Under the pieces are notes generated by a model. The model saw only the letters and a list, made by a program, of their open reading frames with translations, was not told the DNA's origin and ran no database searches. The position numbers and the translations under genes are program-made. From sequence record SRR31156797_3892: a stretch of DNA of 64,000 nt, one strand, 5' to 3'. Positions 19,500 to 30,804 of this stretch are shown here, piece by piece. Each line of letters starts with the position of its first letter. Within the stretch, counting starts at the first letter, position 1.

Positions 19500-20465
19500 A
19501 TGATCGTAGTTACCGGAGCAGCCGGATTTATTGGAAGTGTGCTTATTGGCAGGCTCAATGCTGATGGACATAAAAACCTTGTTGTTACAGATGATTTTTC
19601 GAGGCCGGATAAGAACAAAAATCTGGATGGGAAAGCATTTCTTAAAAAAGTAAACCGATCGGATTTTTTCAGTTGGCTGGATAAAAATCACAGGCAGGTT
19701 GATTTTATCTTTCACATTGGCGCAAGAACTGATACTGCCGAGTTTGATAAAAATGTATTTGACGAACTCAACCTGAATTACACCAAAACCATGTGGGAGA
19801 AGTGTAGCCAATATGAAATTCCGCTGGCTTACGCCTCCTCAGCTGCCACATACGGTCTGGGAGAATTGGGCTATGAAGACAGGCATGATATTGTTCCAAA
19901 CCTAAAACCACTCAATCCATACGGTGAATCAAAAAATGATTTTGATAAATGGGCTCTTGGCCAGGAAAACACACCTCCCTTCTGGGCGGGCTTTAAATTT
20001 TTCAATGTTTATGGCCCCAACGAATATCACAAATCCCGCATGGCTTCAGTGATTTTCCATGCATATCATCAAATCCTGAAAACAGGCAAAATGAAGCTGT
20101 TCAAATCTCACAATCAGGAGTTTGAAGACGGAAAACAATTGCGTGACTTTGTTTATGTAAAGGATGTTGTGGAGGTGCTGATCCATTTCATGCAAAATCA
20201 AAAAGAATCAGGGCTATATAATTTGGGAACAGGCAAGGCCAGAAGTTTCCTTGATTTAACCACTTCTACATTTCATGCACTCGGTAATGAGCCAGATATC
20301 GAATTCATCGATACCCCTGAAGATATCCGCGACAAATACCAGTATTTCACGGAGGCCAATATGTGTAAAGTACGTGATTACGGTTACGACAAACCTTTTA
20401 CTGCTTTGGAAAAAGGTGTTGAAGATTATGTAAAGAACTACCTCGTCAATCAAAAATACTATTAG
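19500..20465 (+). CDS. rfaD: ADP-L-glycero-D-manno-heptose 6-epimerase
   Basis: MIVVTGAAGFIGS, YASSAATYG, PLNPYGESK, FFNVYGPNEYHK.RMASV, YQYFTEA. Confidence 0.92.
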   Translation: MIVVTGAAGFIGSVLIGRLNADGHKNLVVTDDFSRPDKNKNLDGKAFLKKVNRSDFFSWLDKNHRQVDFIFHIGARTDTAEFDKNVFDELNLNYTKTMWEKCSQYEIPLAYASSAATYGLGELGYEDRHDIVPNLKPLNPYGESKNDFDKWALGQENTPPFWAGFKFFNVYGPNEYHKSRMASVIFHAYHQILKTGKMKLFKSHNQEFEDGKQLRDFVYVKDVVEVLIHFMQNQKESGLYNLGTGKARSFLDLTTSTFHALGNEPDIEFIDTPEDIRDKYQYFTEANMCKVRDYGYDKPFTALEKGVEDYVKNYLVNQKYY

Positions 20466-20470
20466 GCAAA

Positions 20471-20932
20471 ATGACCAAAAAATCAGTTATCGTATATGCA
20501 TTACTTGTACTAACATCACTTACTTTTACCGGGTGCGACAAAATAAACAAATGCCAAAATATCGATTGCTTCACACCGCCGAGGTGGTACCTTTTTGATA
20601 TTGTTGACAACGAATCTGAGGAAAACATATTCTTATCAGGAGATTTTGACCGAGGTAATGTATCCGTTGCGGATGAGCAAGGGCATTGGGTTAAACATGA
20701 TTTTATTACTTACGGTGACACCAATTTGCTATCGCTGGCTGAAATTGGCTGGAACACAGGCAAACACTGGTACACCATTTCCCTGGATACTGATACAGAG
20801 ATCAACTTCGTACTTGAAATGCAAGAGGCCAATGAAAATTGTTGCACTTTTTTCAGGGTGATTGATTTCGGTGTTGAAAATTATGACTGGTATGAGGTTG
20901 AAAATTCTGAGGTTATCCGTATCGAGATTTAA
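20471..20932 (+). CDS. Hypothetical lipoprotein
   Basis: Signal peptide with FTGC lipobox; Cys-rich (C..IDCFTPP, NCC). Confidence 0.7.
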   Translation: MTKKSVIVYALLVLTSLTFTGCDKINKCQNIDCFTPPRWYLFDIVDNESEENIFLSGDFDRGNVSVADEQGHWVKHDFITYGDTNLLSLAEIGWNTGKHWYTISLDTDTEINFVLEMQEANENCCTFFRVIDFGVENYDWYEVENSEVIRIEI

Positions 20933-22060
20933 TCAATCAACAAAAAGATCTGATGCAATTCTATCTGCAAACAGCCTGCCCTTGGCAGTAAGGAAAATTT
21001 TCTCCCCATCCCAATGTAGAAGATCGGAATCTTTATAATAAGCCAAAGCCTGCTGAACAAACGCTTGCTTTTGTTGTCCGAATTTCAGCTTTATCTTTTC
21101 CAGGTCCATGCCCCACATAGTTCTCAGAGAGGTCATGACATATTCGTTGAGGTGTTGGGATTCCGACAGCAATTCCCTTTCAATATCAGGTTCACCCCTT
21201 TGAATACCATCCACATATCCTTTAATTGAAGTTACGTTCCATTGCCGGGATTTTCCATCAAATGAATGTGCAGAAGGCCCGATCCCCAAATATTTTTCAC
21301 CGGACCAGTAAGCTGTATTGTGTCTTGCAAATTTCCCTGAAAGTGCAAGGTTGGAAATCTCGTAATGTGCATATCCTTTTTTTTGCAGGAATTCGGTCAT
21401 CATCAAAAACTGCCGTTCGGCCTTTTCATCGCTTACAGATTGATATTTTCCTTTACGGATGTAATGATGAAGGGCCGTTCCTGGTTCCACTGTTAAAGCA
21501 TAGGCAGAAATATGTGGAATTTTAAGGTTGGCTGCCCATTCCAGGTTTTGCTGCCATTTTTCATCAGATAATGTAGGTATGCCATATATGAAATCGATAC
21601 TCAGGTTTTCAATTCCATACTGCCTGGCCAAATCAACAACTTCCATGGCCTCCTTTGCCGAATGTACACGATTGAGGTATTTCAAATCCTCATCATGGAG
21701 TGATTGCATCCCAATACTGAGTCGATTAAATTGTGTCAATTTAAGATCACTCAACCATTCCCGCGTAATGTCATCAGGGTTTGCTTCAAGGGTAATTTCA
21801 GGATCAGCAGCAAACCCAAATAATTTTTCAGCCTGGCCAATCAATTCCTGTAGTTGTTCCGGTTGATAGAGCGATGGTGTACCACCCCCAAAATAGATGG
21901 TTTCAAGCTTTTCACCATCCAGGTAATTTCGGTGCAATTGCAACTCTTGCATTAATGCCCCGAAAATCTCCACCCGATACTTTTTTGTAGCCACACTAAA
22001 AAAGTTACAATAGTGGCATTTTTGTCTGCAAAAGGGAATGTGTATATATAGCCCAGACAT
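20933..22060 (-). CDS. hemW: Radical SAM heme chaperone HemW
   Basis: LYIHIPFCRQKCHYCNF, YFGGGTPS, YEISN, HN..YW. Confidence 0.93.
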   Translation of the reverse strand: MSGLYIHIPFCRQKCHYCNFFSVATKKYRVEIFGALMQELQLHRNYLDGEKLETIYFGGGTPSLYQPEQLQELIGQAEKLFGFAADPEITLEANPDDITREWLSDLKLTQFNRLSIGMQSLHDEDLKYLNRVHSAKEAMEVVDLARQYGIENLSIDFIYGIPTLSDEKWQQNLEWAANLKIPHISAYALTVEPGTALHHYIRKGKYQSVSDEKAERQFLMMTEFLQKKGYAHYEISNLALSGKFARHNTAYWSGEKYLGIGPSAHSFDGKSRQWNVTSIKGYVDGIQRGEPDIERELLSESQHLNEYVMTSLRTMWGMDLEKIKLKFGQQKQAFVQQALAYYKDSDLLHWDGEKIFLTAKGRLFADRIASDLFVD

Positions 22061-22063
22061 ATA

Positions 22064-23581
22064 CTACTTTATATGCTTTCGTAAAGTGATCCGGATGGTG
22101 GTACCTTTATCGATTACTGAACTCTTAACGAAAATTTTCCCGTTGTGATAGTTTTTGATGATGCGTTCAGCCAGCGAAAGCCCAAGCCCCCAGCCACGCT
22201 TTTTACTGGTATAACCCGGGTGGAAAATACTTTTATATTTCGATTTTGGTATCCCCTTGCCTGTATCCGTAAAATCGATGTGGACAAAACCGTTTTCTTC
22301 GTTAATATCAGCCGTAAACTGCCCTTTGGTTCCCATGGCGTCCACAGCATTTTTGGCCACATTTTCGATTACCCATTCAAAAAGATGCAGGTTTACGGGT
22401 GCATAAATCCCGATATCCAAATCAGGGTTGATCTGGTAAAGAATTTTGCGCGAAGTACGCGTTTTGAGGTAAGCAATAGAATTGTGAACAACCTCTACGA
22501 TATTTTGAGATTCCAGTTTAGGAACAGATCCGATTTTAGAAAACCGCTCGGTAATTTTCTCCAGCCGATCAACATCTTTGGTCAGTTCTGTGAGGGCTTC
22601 ATTTTGCTGTCCATCCATTTTCATAATCTCCAGCCAGGCAATCATGGATGATAGCGGCGTACCCAACTGGTGGGCAGTTTCTTTAGCCAACCCTACCCAC
22701 ACCTGATTTTGCTCGGAGCGGCGGGCTGTGCTAAACATCAAATATCCGACCAACAGGAAAAACGCAATGATCCCAAGTTGGACTACAGGATAAAAAGTAA
22801 GCTGAGTAAGCAAATATGATCCGCGATAAAAAATATAGCTCTTGCCCTGGTCGGCGAGTGTGATTTCAAACGGGCGATTGTCGCCCTCCATTTCCTGAAT
22901 GGTCTCGGCCAGCAATTCAGGATCGTTAATAATCTCTTGTTCAATATTCCCTGACGCCCGAACATTTTGTTTGGAACTGTCCGTTACAATTACAGGCACC
23001 GAGGCGGCATTGATAACCACCTCGTCAAAAAACGAACTCACTAAATCATCCAAAACAGACCTCAGTTCTGTGTACAAACGGGAATCCTTGTAATAGAGAT
23101 AGTTCTTGCGGTTCATATAATACCTGGCCTCAATGGGCGGATATTTTGTAAACTCTTCCCGCAGTTCTCCCCGAAGAAAAATTACGGTATCCTGATCAAA
23201 ATCCACATTGTTGACATTGATGATGCGTCCATCTTCATCCGTTAATATTACCGGAATATTTTCATTGGAACGGATAATATTTACATAAAAGGTAAGGTCG
23301 ACATCGGGGTCTTCGGTTCTTATAAGCTGTTTGTAAGCCTCGGCGAGCAACTCCACACGCTTGCGGTCTTCCTGCCTGATCTGCTCAAAAAACTCTTCGA
23401 TATAAGTAACGAGTTTGGTTTTACTCTTTATGGCATCGGCCCAAATGCGGATATTCTTCTTCTCCTCCTTTGCCACTTTGTTCACGATGATGTTGGTGTA
23501 CCACATCGATCCGGCAACAATTGCAAGTGCTGCTGCAAGCAAAAACAGTTTCCACTGGCGTTTCCTGGCGTAAATATTCAA
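22064..23581 (-). CDS. Two-TM sensor histidine kinase with tandemly duplicated periplasmic domain (TTG start)
   Basis: AKETAHQLGTPLSS H-box, ENVAKNAVDA, DTGKG, GWGLGL. Confidence 0.9.
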   Translation of the reverse strand: MNIYARKRQWKLFLLAAALAIVAGSMWYTNIIVNKVAKEEKKNIRIWADAIKSKTKLVTYIEEFFEQIRQEDRKRVELLAEAYKQLIRTEDPDVDLTFYVNIIRSNENIPVILTDEDGRIINVNNVDFDQDTVIFLRGELREEFTKYPPIEARYYMNRKNYLYYKDSRLYTELRSVLDDLVSSFFDEVVINAASVPVIVTDSSKQNVRASGNIEQEIINDPELLAETIQEMEGDNRPFEITLADQGKSYIFYRGSYLLTQLTFYPVVQLGIIAFFLLVGYLMFSTARRSEQNQVWVGLAKETAHQLGTPLSSMIAWLEIMKMDGQQNEALTELTKDVDRLEKITERFSKIGSVPKLESQNIVEVVHNSIAYLKTRTSRKILYQINPDLDIGIYAPVNLHLFEWVIENVAKNAVDAMGTKGQFTADINEENGFVHIDFTDTGKGIPKSKYKSIFHPGYTSKKRGWGLGLSLAERIIKNYHNGKIFVKSSVIDKGTTIRITLRKHIK

Positions 23582-23786
23582 GATGTACCTGTTTTAAAAT
23601 AAAGGGTTTTAACGCCAAAAGGCGGGGGTTATTATTGTTAGATGTTTTTGTGATATATACTTCCCTCCGTTGGATGAATGGACAATTGAACTGACAGTTA
23701 ATGTTGACTATTAAGAAATTCATTGCATTCAATTGAACAGACGGCAGTTTTGGAATCACTATAAACTGTCAGGTTCAGCCCCAATA

Positions 23787-26216
23787 TCATTTGCGCTTTT
23801 TCAAATACAAATAATCGAGATAATACAACAGCTTAATGGAGAGGCTGTTATCAGCAGGCGACTCAATGGTGTTTTGCAGGTTTTGAAAATATTTGTCAGT
23901 GATCTCAGATTCGTTGTAGGTTAAAACTGCATTTTTCCAGGCAAGGGCCAGTTCAGAACCCGGAGCAAACTCCCAACGTAATATCATATCGATATTGAAA
24001 GCATTGAAATCGAAGTCGTTGTTTTCAGCATAATCCGTCCCGGTAAGGTAGCCATCTTCCTGCAAAAGGTAATATTCACGGTACTTTGCCAGTAACCAGT
24101 AGTGCCTCAACCTGAAATCAAGAGCCAATTTGGTTGTGAAGATATAGGTAACATTAAAAACATTTTCGACAGTTTGCAGGTCACGCCTTCCAAAAATGAT
24201 TTCATCCTGGTCATCCATCATACGATCCGTTACGTAACCCATATCATTGTTTTCCTTTGAGAAATTAGTCCTCACCCGCAACGAAAGCCGATCGTTAACC
24301 CGCCATCTGGGCGACACATTTACATGCCAGGAGTGGGTATTGTATTTTTGATATTGCTCAAAACCACCCCGAACGTCAACAATAAACGCCTTGCGATAAT
24401 CCGGCGACATAAAACCACCTACTTCCCATTTAGGCGACTTAATAAAAACCTGCCCAGGCGTTCGGGCCTCGTAATAATCATGCTCTGCCACAGGCTCTAT
24501 ATCAAAATCAAAACCCACGGTTAACCGGTTCCTGAAAGTGGCCCGCGAATAACCGGCGAAACCAAACTCCACAAATTCATAAGGATGATAAAGTGTTTGA
24601 TGCCAGACCGAAAACCCATTATACCACCAAAGAAATCGACCAAAGGGATCATAAAAATTATAATTCAAACTTACAGCGTGCGTGATCTCGTTGTTTACAT
24701 CCAGAAAACCCAGGTCGTTTGGATCATACTTATCATCCTCAACATATTGTGTAACATCAAACCTGAATTGCCCGCTGGTTTTCGAGAAAGTAATGTTCCA
24801 TGCTTTTCCAAATTCAGGTGAGCCTGAAGGAAAATATTTCTGGCTCAGGTTGAATTTCCCATCCACAGCATAGGTAGATTGATTATTAAAAAACTGGAAT
24901 TCGGTACCTGTAACATTGGCCATGTAGTAATCTCTGCCTTTGTAGACATTGGTGTTGTAAAAACTGATGTAAGAATTGTTTTTCAAACTCTGGTCGAATA
25001 CCACCATGTTGTAATTTGACGCAGCCTGTGTTTCAACCTCCCGGATTACCCCGGTAACGGTATCGGTAATTGTGGCAAATGTTCGCCCCGAAATAGCATT
25101 AAAAACACCAACTCCCAAACCCTTGTTTGTTCGACCGGAAACTTTGGTTGCATTGATCAATTTCGTTTTTGCCGGATTTTCCGATACGGTTTCATGATTA
25201 CCCACGCTATCATAAACGGCATCAAAACCAACAGGTACATCCCCTACCCTTCTTGAATAAAATACGTTTCCCTTATTGAAGAGTTCTGTGCCTTCCGTAA
25301 AAAAGGGCCGCCTTTCCTCATAATACACTTCAAAAGGAGAAAGATTGAATATCTGGTCATCAGATTGCACCTGTCCAAAATCGGGGATTAGGGTCATGTC
25401 GAGGGTGAAACTTTCGTTGATGCCATATTTCAGGTCCATGCCATAATTGAATGAATAGCCCCAATCAGATGCAGCAGCAGGTTTTTCCAGGTATCCGGAA
25501 ACATAAGGTGTGAAAGAAAGCCGAAGCGGTGGTTTAATCCCATCAAGCCCGGTGAGCTCGCCTGCCTGCCTGAGTTCGCCGTCCTGCTTTTTATCGATGA
25601 AACTCCAGGTATCAATCTCTCGTTTTCGTCGAATACTCCGCTCAATATTTATGCCCCAGGTTTGCACTTCATCCTCAGGAAATCTTAAAGCGGAATAAGG
25701 AATTTTAATTTCAGCCGACCAGCCATTGTCTAAAATCTGCGCATTACTTACATAAACAGCATCCCAGCCTTTGTCGTAATCATCATTGTAAATTTTTGCA
25801 TCATATTGCATTCCGGCTGCCGAAACACCAAACATAAATCCATTCAAGCCATCATTATAAGGACTAAGTATCACATTTATGTAATCAGAGTTCAGATCAT
25901 CTGTGTCCCGAAACCCCATCTCGCTAAGGATGCTATCCGGTGAAGAATCGTACATCATGGCACCAAAATAAATGGCCGTATTATCAAATAAAATCCTCAC
26001 CTCCGATCGCTCTGATGCAGGAGGGCCATTATAAGGATCGTATTGGACAAAGTCATTGGCAGGCCGGGCGAGTTGCCATTCGCCCTCGTTCAAGAACCCG
26101 TCCATTTCGATGTGCCCTGTAATTTTAACAGCAGCAGCCTGTTTGTTGGAAATTTGAGCAATGCCATTCACAAAAATGTTAGTCAATACAAGTAATGTGA
26201 GTAATAGTTTTTTCAA
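23787..26216 (-). CDS. DUF5916 outer-membrane beta-barrel protein with N-terminal CBM9-like domain (TTG start)
   Basis: Signal peptide; DGFLNEGEW, GWSAEIKIPYSALRF, PDFGQVQSDD, EERRPFFTEG. Confidence 0.82.
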   Translation of the reverse strand: MKKLLLTLLVLTNIFVNGIAQISNKQAAAVKITGHIEMDGFLNEGEWQLARPANDFVQYDPYNGPPASERSEVRILFDNTAIYFGAMMYDSSPDSILSEMGFRDTDDLNSDYINVILSPYNDGLNGFMFGVSAAGMQYDAKIYNDDYDKGWDAVYVSNAQILDNGWSAEIKIPYSALRFPEDEVQTWGINIERSIRRKREIDTWSFIDKKQDGELRQAGELTGLDGIKPPLRLSFTPYVSGYLEKPAAASDWGYSFNYGMDLKYGINESFTLDMTLIPDFGQVQSDDQIFNLSPFEVYYEERRPFFTEGTELFNKGNVFYSRRVGDVPVGFDAVYDSVGNHETVSENPAKTKLINATKVSGRTNKGLGVGVFNAISGRTFATITDTVTGVIREVETQAASNYNMVVFDQSLKNNSYISFYNTNVYKGRDYYMANVTGTEFQFFNNQSTYAVDGKFNLSQKYFPSGSPEFGKAWNITFSKTSGQFRFDVTQYVEDDKYDPNDLGFLDVNNEITHAVSLNYNFYDPFGRFLWWYNGFSVWHQTLYHPYEFVEFGFAGYSRATFRNRLTVGFDFDIEPVAEHDYYEARTPGQVFIKSPKWEVGGFMSPDYRKAFIVDVRGGFEQYQKYNTHSWHVNVSPRWRVNDRLSLRVRTNFSKENNDMGYVTDRMMDDQDEIIFGRRDLQTVENVFNVTYIFTTKLALDFRLRHYWLLAKYREYYLLQEDGYLTGTDYAENNDFDFNAFNIDMILRWEFAPGSELALAWKNAVLTYNESEITDKYFQNLQNTIESPADNSLSIKLLYYLDYLYLKKRK

Positions 26217-26236
26217 AGCTATTTAAATGAGTTTGA

Positions 26237-26746
26237 TTAATAATTCAGTAAATTTTGGTAAAGACGGTAATTTTCATCATCAAAACAACAAAAGATGACT
26301 TCCTCAGGCATGTCATGTTTAGTAAGGAATTCTTCAATCGCCTTAACTGCAATACGTGCAGCCTGATCTTTTGGGAATCCATAAATCCCGGTGCTTATGT
26401 TTGGAAAGGCTATGGATTTACAATTATGTGATAATGCAAGATTCAGACTTTCAGTATAACAAGATTTAAGAAGCAAATCCTCCTGGTTTCTTCCTCCTCT
26501 CCAAACAGGGCCAACGGTATGGATTACAAATTTTGCCGGGAGGTTGTACCCTCCGGTGATTTTTGCTTTTCCGGTTGGGCAGCCTTTCTGGGTCTTGCAT
26601 TCTTTCAAAAGATCGGGGCCGGCAGCCCGGTGAATAGCACCATCAACACCACCCCCTCCAAGTAAGGTTGTGTTTGCTGCGTTTACAATAACGTCGGTAT
26701 CAAGTTTTGTGATGTCACCCTTTATAAGACGAATTCTTTTTTTCAT
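26237..26746 (-). CDS. Macro domain O-acetyl-ADP-ribose deacetylase (YmdB-like)
   Basis: [39 protein letters not shown]. Confidence 0.93.
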   Translation of the reverse strand: MKKRIRLIKGDITKLDTDVIVNAANTTLLGGGGVDGAIHRAAGPDLLKECKTQKGCPTGKAKITGGYNLPAKFVIHTVGPVWRGGRNQEDLLLKSCYTESLNLALSHNCKSIAFPNISTGIYGFPKDQAARIAVKAIEEFLTKHDMPEEVIFCCFDDENYRLYQNLLNY

Positions 26747-26754
26747 AGGTTAAC

Positions 26755-28014
26755 TTAATTGATAATTAGCTCCCAAACTATATAAAACAGGCTAAATGCC
26801 GACAAAAAACCAATCCCAATCCATGCATAAACCTTTAGCCATTTTTTTGGCCGTGCAAACGCCGGGAAATGTTTATGAGAAATCACCCTGAAGTTTAATA
26901 TGGCCAGTACCGGGGCAGTTACAAAGGAGATTGAGGTTGCCAAATCCACCATAAATCCCATTGTTCCCGAAAGGTATCCAAGCAGAACCAATGTTCCAGC
27001 AACCACCACAACAATCCAAACCCAATATAATTTTTGGTGGTGCTTGTCGATGTTGGTAACCTCAGGCCACAATAAAACCGTTGAGCGTCTCAAAACCCGT
27101 GGATAAGCATCAAGGCAGGTAATAGTTGTACTGATCATGGTGGTAATGGCGGCAAGGGCTATAACCGGATAAGCCCAATTGCCGATGCTGCTCGTGTACA
27201 TGTTGATGAGTTGTCCGGCAAACACTGTCCCTTGTGGGGATAGTTCCTCACCAGAGCCAAACATCACAAGTGCGCCAAGCGAAAGAAATCCTAATGCTAG
27301 GGCACCGGCACCGATATAGCCAATATTATAATCTAGCAATGCTTGTTTCATTGTCGGCCGCTTTCCAAGTTGATCCTCCTTTGCCACAGACCATAAGGAA
27401 TGCCATACAGAAACATCAAGGGGTGCAGGCATCCATCCAACAAAAGCAATCAAAAAAAGGATATCAACATGTTTCGTCCAATCAAAATTACCAGACACTG
27501 AGGTTTGATCAAAAAATCCGGCGGCAAAGGCATATCCCACGGCAATGATTGTAGAAGCTGTCAAAATAATGATCACCCATTTGATAATTTTGTCTAGTGT
27601 TCCGTAATGGCCCATTCCAAGCACAACCATAGACACCCCTAGAATAATTGCAGTCAACAGCGGCATTGGCATGGAGAGTCCAAAAACACTGGCAAGCAAT
27701 CCGGCGGTTACTATCGTAATAGCAGCCTGGATGGCAAACATTGTGGTAAGTGTTAGGGTGACATATAAAATCAACGCCCACTTACCAATCATTGCATAAC
27801 CATCAATCAGCGATTTCCCGGTGGCATTAGCATACCTCGGAGCAAATTCCATAAAGGGGTACTTTAAAGCATTTGCAATTATCAAAACCCAGATCAATTC
27901 AAATCCATAGCTTGCACCGGCACGGGTCGACTGCACCAAGTGCGAAACACCAACAGCAGCCCCTGCAAAAAGCAAACCCGGCCCAAGGGATTTTATAAAC
28001 TTTCCTGGTTTCAT
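26755..28014 (-). CDS. NRAMP-related (APC-fold) membrane transporter
   Basis: LGPGLLFAGAAVGVSHLVQSTRAGA, GWMPAP; about 11 TM helices. Confidence 0.82.
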   Translation of the reverse strand: MKPGKFIKSLGPGLLFAGAAVGVSHLVQSTRAGASYGFELIWVLIIANALKYPFMEFAPRYANATGKSLIDGYAMIGKWALILYVTLTLTTMFAIQAAITIVTAGLLASVFGLSMPMPLLTAIILGVSMVVLGMGHYGTLDKIIKWVIIILTASTIIAVGYAFAAGFFDQTSVSGNFDWTKHVDILFLIAFVGWMPAPLDVSVWHSLWSVAKEDQLGKRPTMKQALLDYNIGYIGAGALALGFLSLGALVMFGSGEELSPQGTVFAGQLINMYTSSIGNWAYPVIALAAITTMISTTITCLDAYPRVLRRSTVLLWPEVTNIDKHHQKLYWVWIVVVVAGTLVLLGYLSGTMGFMVDLATSISFVTAPVLAILNFRVISHKHFPAFARPKKWLKVYAWIGIGFLSAFSLFYIVWELIIN

Positions 28015-28258
28015 TATTTTGGTTTCGATGAGGCAAAAATATGGTTTTTGTGACTCTCAAAAACAGGTTATTTCATTTTAAATTTGTTTGAAAATTGTAA
28101 ACTGGCTGGCCCTCAAATCGAAATAAAATGAAAGAAAGTATTTAATCGATTTTATTGATCCGAAAGGAATAAAACAGAATTTTGCATTGTCTAAAAAACC
28201 ATAATTTCTAAACTTAACAATATTTTAGTTGTTAGCCACTAAATAGCAGACTTTAAAC

Positions 28259-30724
28259 ATGAACAAATTTGGATATACATTTTTTGCACTCTTATTATCG
28301 ATTACCATATTTGCACAACGCCCTGGTGGAAAGGGTGATATGTCAAACATGCAGGCAAATGGATTAATTACAGGAAAAATCCTGGAGTTTATATCCCAAA
28401 ACCCAATGGGCTATGCAAATGTAGCCCTATTTAGCCTGCGCGATTCCTCAGTTGTAACCGGAACTGTTACAGGAATGGATGGAAGTTTTAAATTGGAAAA
28501 AGTTCGTTTTGGTAAATTTTTCCTGGTTGCAAATTTTATGGGTTTTAAGCGTGACACCATTCATGATATCACCATCACACCAAACAAAATGACAGTAGAT
28601 GTTGGCACAATAGAGTTGCATTCTACCACAGAAAATCTTGATGCTGTTGAAATTGTTGCCGAAAAAGAGTTGATCGAATATCAAATCGACAAGAAAGTAA
28701 TTAACGTTAGCCAGGATATTATGGCCGAAGGCGGTTCGGCCATCACAGCGCTAGAAAACACGCCTTCAGTTCAGGTGGACATTGATGGTAATGTTAGCCT
28801 CAGGGGAAGTTCATCTTTTACCGTACTGGTTGATGGCAGGCCAAGTGTTTTAGAAGGCTCAGATGCTCTGCAGCAAATACCTGCGAGCAACATCGAAACC
28901 ATTGAAATTATCACCAACCCCTCAGCAAAATACGACCCTGATGGAGTAGCAGGGATTATCAATGTAGTGTTAAAAGAAAAAATTGAGAAAGGCTTTAACG
29001 GTGTGGTGAATGCAACGTTATCATCTGACAATTCACTCAGAACTGATTTCCTGCTAAATTACCGTTACAAAAAGTTTAATTTTTTCGTTGGCGCAGATTA
29101 CAACGACAGGAACCGGAATGGCAGTCGCAGATCGATGAACGAGACCTATTCCGAGGATACAACCTTTTTCAGAAACAGCTTTGGTGATAGAAATCGGGGA
29201 CGTATTGGCTATGGTGTGAGAGGTGGATTTGATTATTACCTTTCGGACATGACAACCGTCGGGTTACAAGCCCGTACGGGTTACTATGAATTTAACGGAG
29301 GCAGAACATCCTACCTTGAGGTATATTCCAATCCTGTATTGTCTGAAGATTACACATTCTCAGAAACAGACATGAAGCGCTCAGGAAATTATAATAATGC
29401 AACCCTGACGTTTCAGCACAAATTTGATGATCGGGGGCATCAACTCGATGGTTTAGCTTATTATTCAACACGCGATGGTGACGATTATGACGAACAAAGA
29501 GAGTTTTTAACTGACAATAACTGGACTATTATTGATGATGAGCCATATTCAATCCGTACCACAGAAGTTGATGCAGATGAGGAATTTCGATTCAAACTGG
29601 ATTATACTAAACCAGTAGGTGAAGAAGGTAAATTCGAAGCTGGAGTCCAGGCACGTATCGAAGAGGAAACAGAGATTTATGTTTTTAATGATTGGAATTA
29701 TAGTTCAGAAGATTGGATTGAGGATACTTTGTTCTCCAACGACATGGATTTTAAACGGGATATTTACTCCGTTTATAGCATCTTTTCGAACACGTGGAAT
29801 TCAATTGGCTACCAGCTTGGTATACGTGGTGAGTACACTTATAGGGAAATAAAAAACAAAAAAGCTGATGAACCGTCTTTGATTGACAGATGGGATTACT
29901 TTCCAACGATTCACCTATCAAAATCATTCGAAAACCAGGATCAACTCATGGCCAGTTACACTCGCAGGATAGACAGGCCTCGCGGCTGGTATCTTGACCC
30001 ATTCCTCACCTATATGGATCAGTACAATTACCGTCAGGGAAATCCAACCCTTGAACCCGAATATACCGATTCTTACGAGATATCTTACATCAAAAGGGTT
30101 TCAGAATCAATGATTTCCATTGAGGGATATTACCGGGTTACCAACAATAAAATTACCCGAATTAGAACCCTACAGGAAGATGGCTCTTTTTTGCACACTT
30201 TTGAGAACTTAAACAATGATTACGCCATCGGTGGCGAATTGATGGTGCGGACTGACCCAACAGAATGGTTCAATCTTACTGTTTCAGGAAACCTTTATCA
30301 ATACCGTATCGATGGATCAATTGCTGATCAGGAAGTAGACACCGAAAGCCTGAACTGGAATTCCAGGTTCAATGCAATTTTTGAACTGCCAAAGGATTTC
30401 AGGATTCAAATCAATGGAAGGTTTAACGGACCTACTGTCAGAGCCCAGGGTGAACGCGAAGGGTATTTTGTGACAAGCGCTGCAATTAAAAAAGACTTAT
30501 TTGAAAAACATTTGAGCCTGACAGCCTCGGTGAGAGACATTTTCAGTACTGCAAAGTATGAATTTACATCCACCGGGCAATCATTTTACACCTATGACTA
30601 TTTTGATAGGGAAGCACCAATATTTAGTATAGCATTAAGCTGGCAAATCAATAATTATAAGCGCCAATCAGAAAGTAACAGTGACGGTGGCGACGGAGGA
30701 ATGGATGTGGATATGGGTTTTTAA
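28259..30724 (+). CDS. TonB-dependent receptor (carboxypeptidase-like N-domain, plug, beta-barrel)
   Basis: Signal peptide; PSVQVDIDGNVSLRG, IEIITNPSAKYD, GIINVVLK, GNPTLEPE. Confidence 0.9.
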   Translation: MNKFGYTFFALLLSITIFAQRPGGKGDMSNMQANGLITGKILEFISQNPMGYANVALFSLRDSSVVTGTVTGMDGSFKLEKVRFGKFFLVANFMGFKRDTIHDITITPNKMTVDVGTIELHSTTENLDAVEIVAEKELIEYQIDKKVINVSQDIMAEGGSAITALENTPSVQVDIDGNVSLRGSSSFTVLVDGRPSVLEGSDALQQIPASNIETIEIITNPSAKYDPDGVAGIINVVLKEKIEKGFNGVVNATLSSDNSLRTDFLLNYRYKKFNFFVGADYNDRNRNGSRRSMNETYSEDTTFFRNSFGDRNRGRIGYGVRGGFDYYLSDMTTVGLQARTGYYEFNGGRTSYLEVYSNPVLSEDYTFSETDMKRSGNYNNATLTFQHKFDDRGHQLDGLAYYSTRDGDDYDEQREFLTDNNWTIIDDEPYSIRTTEVDADEEFRFKLDYTKPVGEEGKFEAGVQARIEEETEIYVFNDWNYSSEDWIEDTLFSNDMDFKRDIYSVYSIFSNTWNSIGYQLGIRGEYTYREIKNKKADEPSLIDRWDYFPTIHLSKSFENQDQLMASYTRRIDRPRGWYLDPFLTYMDQYNYRQGNPTLEPEYTDSYEISYIKRVSESMISIEGYYRVTNNKITRIRTLQEDGSFLHTFENLNNDYAIGGELMVRTDPTEWFNLTVSGNLYQYRIDGSIADQEVDTESLNWNSRFNAIFELPKDFRIQINGRFNGPTVRAQGEREGYFVTSAAIKKDLFEKHLSLTASVRDIFSTAKYEFTSTGQSFYTYDYFDREAPIFSIALSWQINNYKRQSESNSDGGDGGMDVDMGF

Positions 30725-30804
30725 TTGATTATCAAGAGCGTAATTTGAACAAATTTACTTATAGCATATTAAACTTTAATGAAGATTGCAATATTTTCAT
30801 TTTA

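Noticed and set aside
26237..26746. Macrodomain as DarG antitoxin or defence gene
   Set aside because: Stand-alone YmdB-like sequence among housekeeping-type genes, with no ADP-ribosyltransferase neighbour
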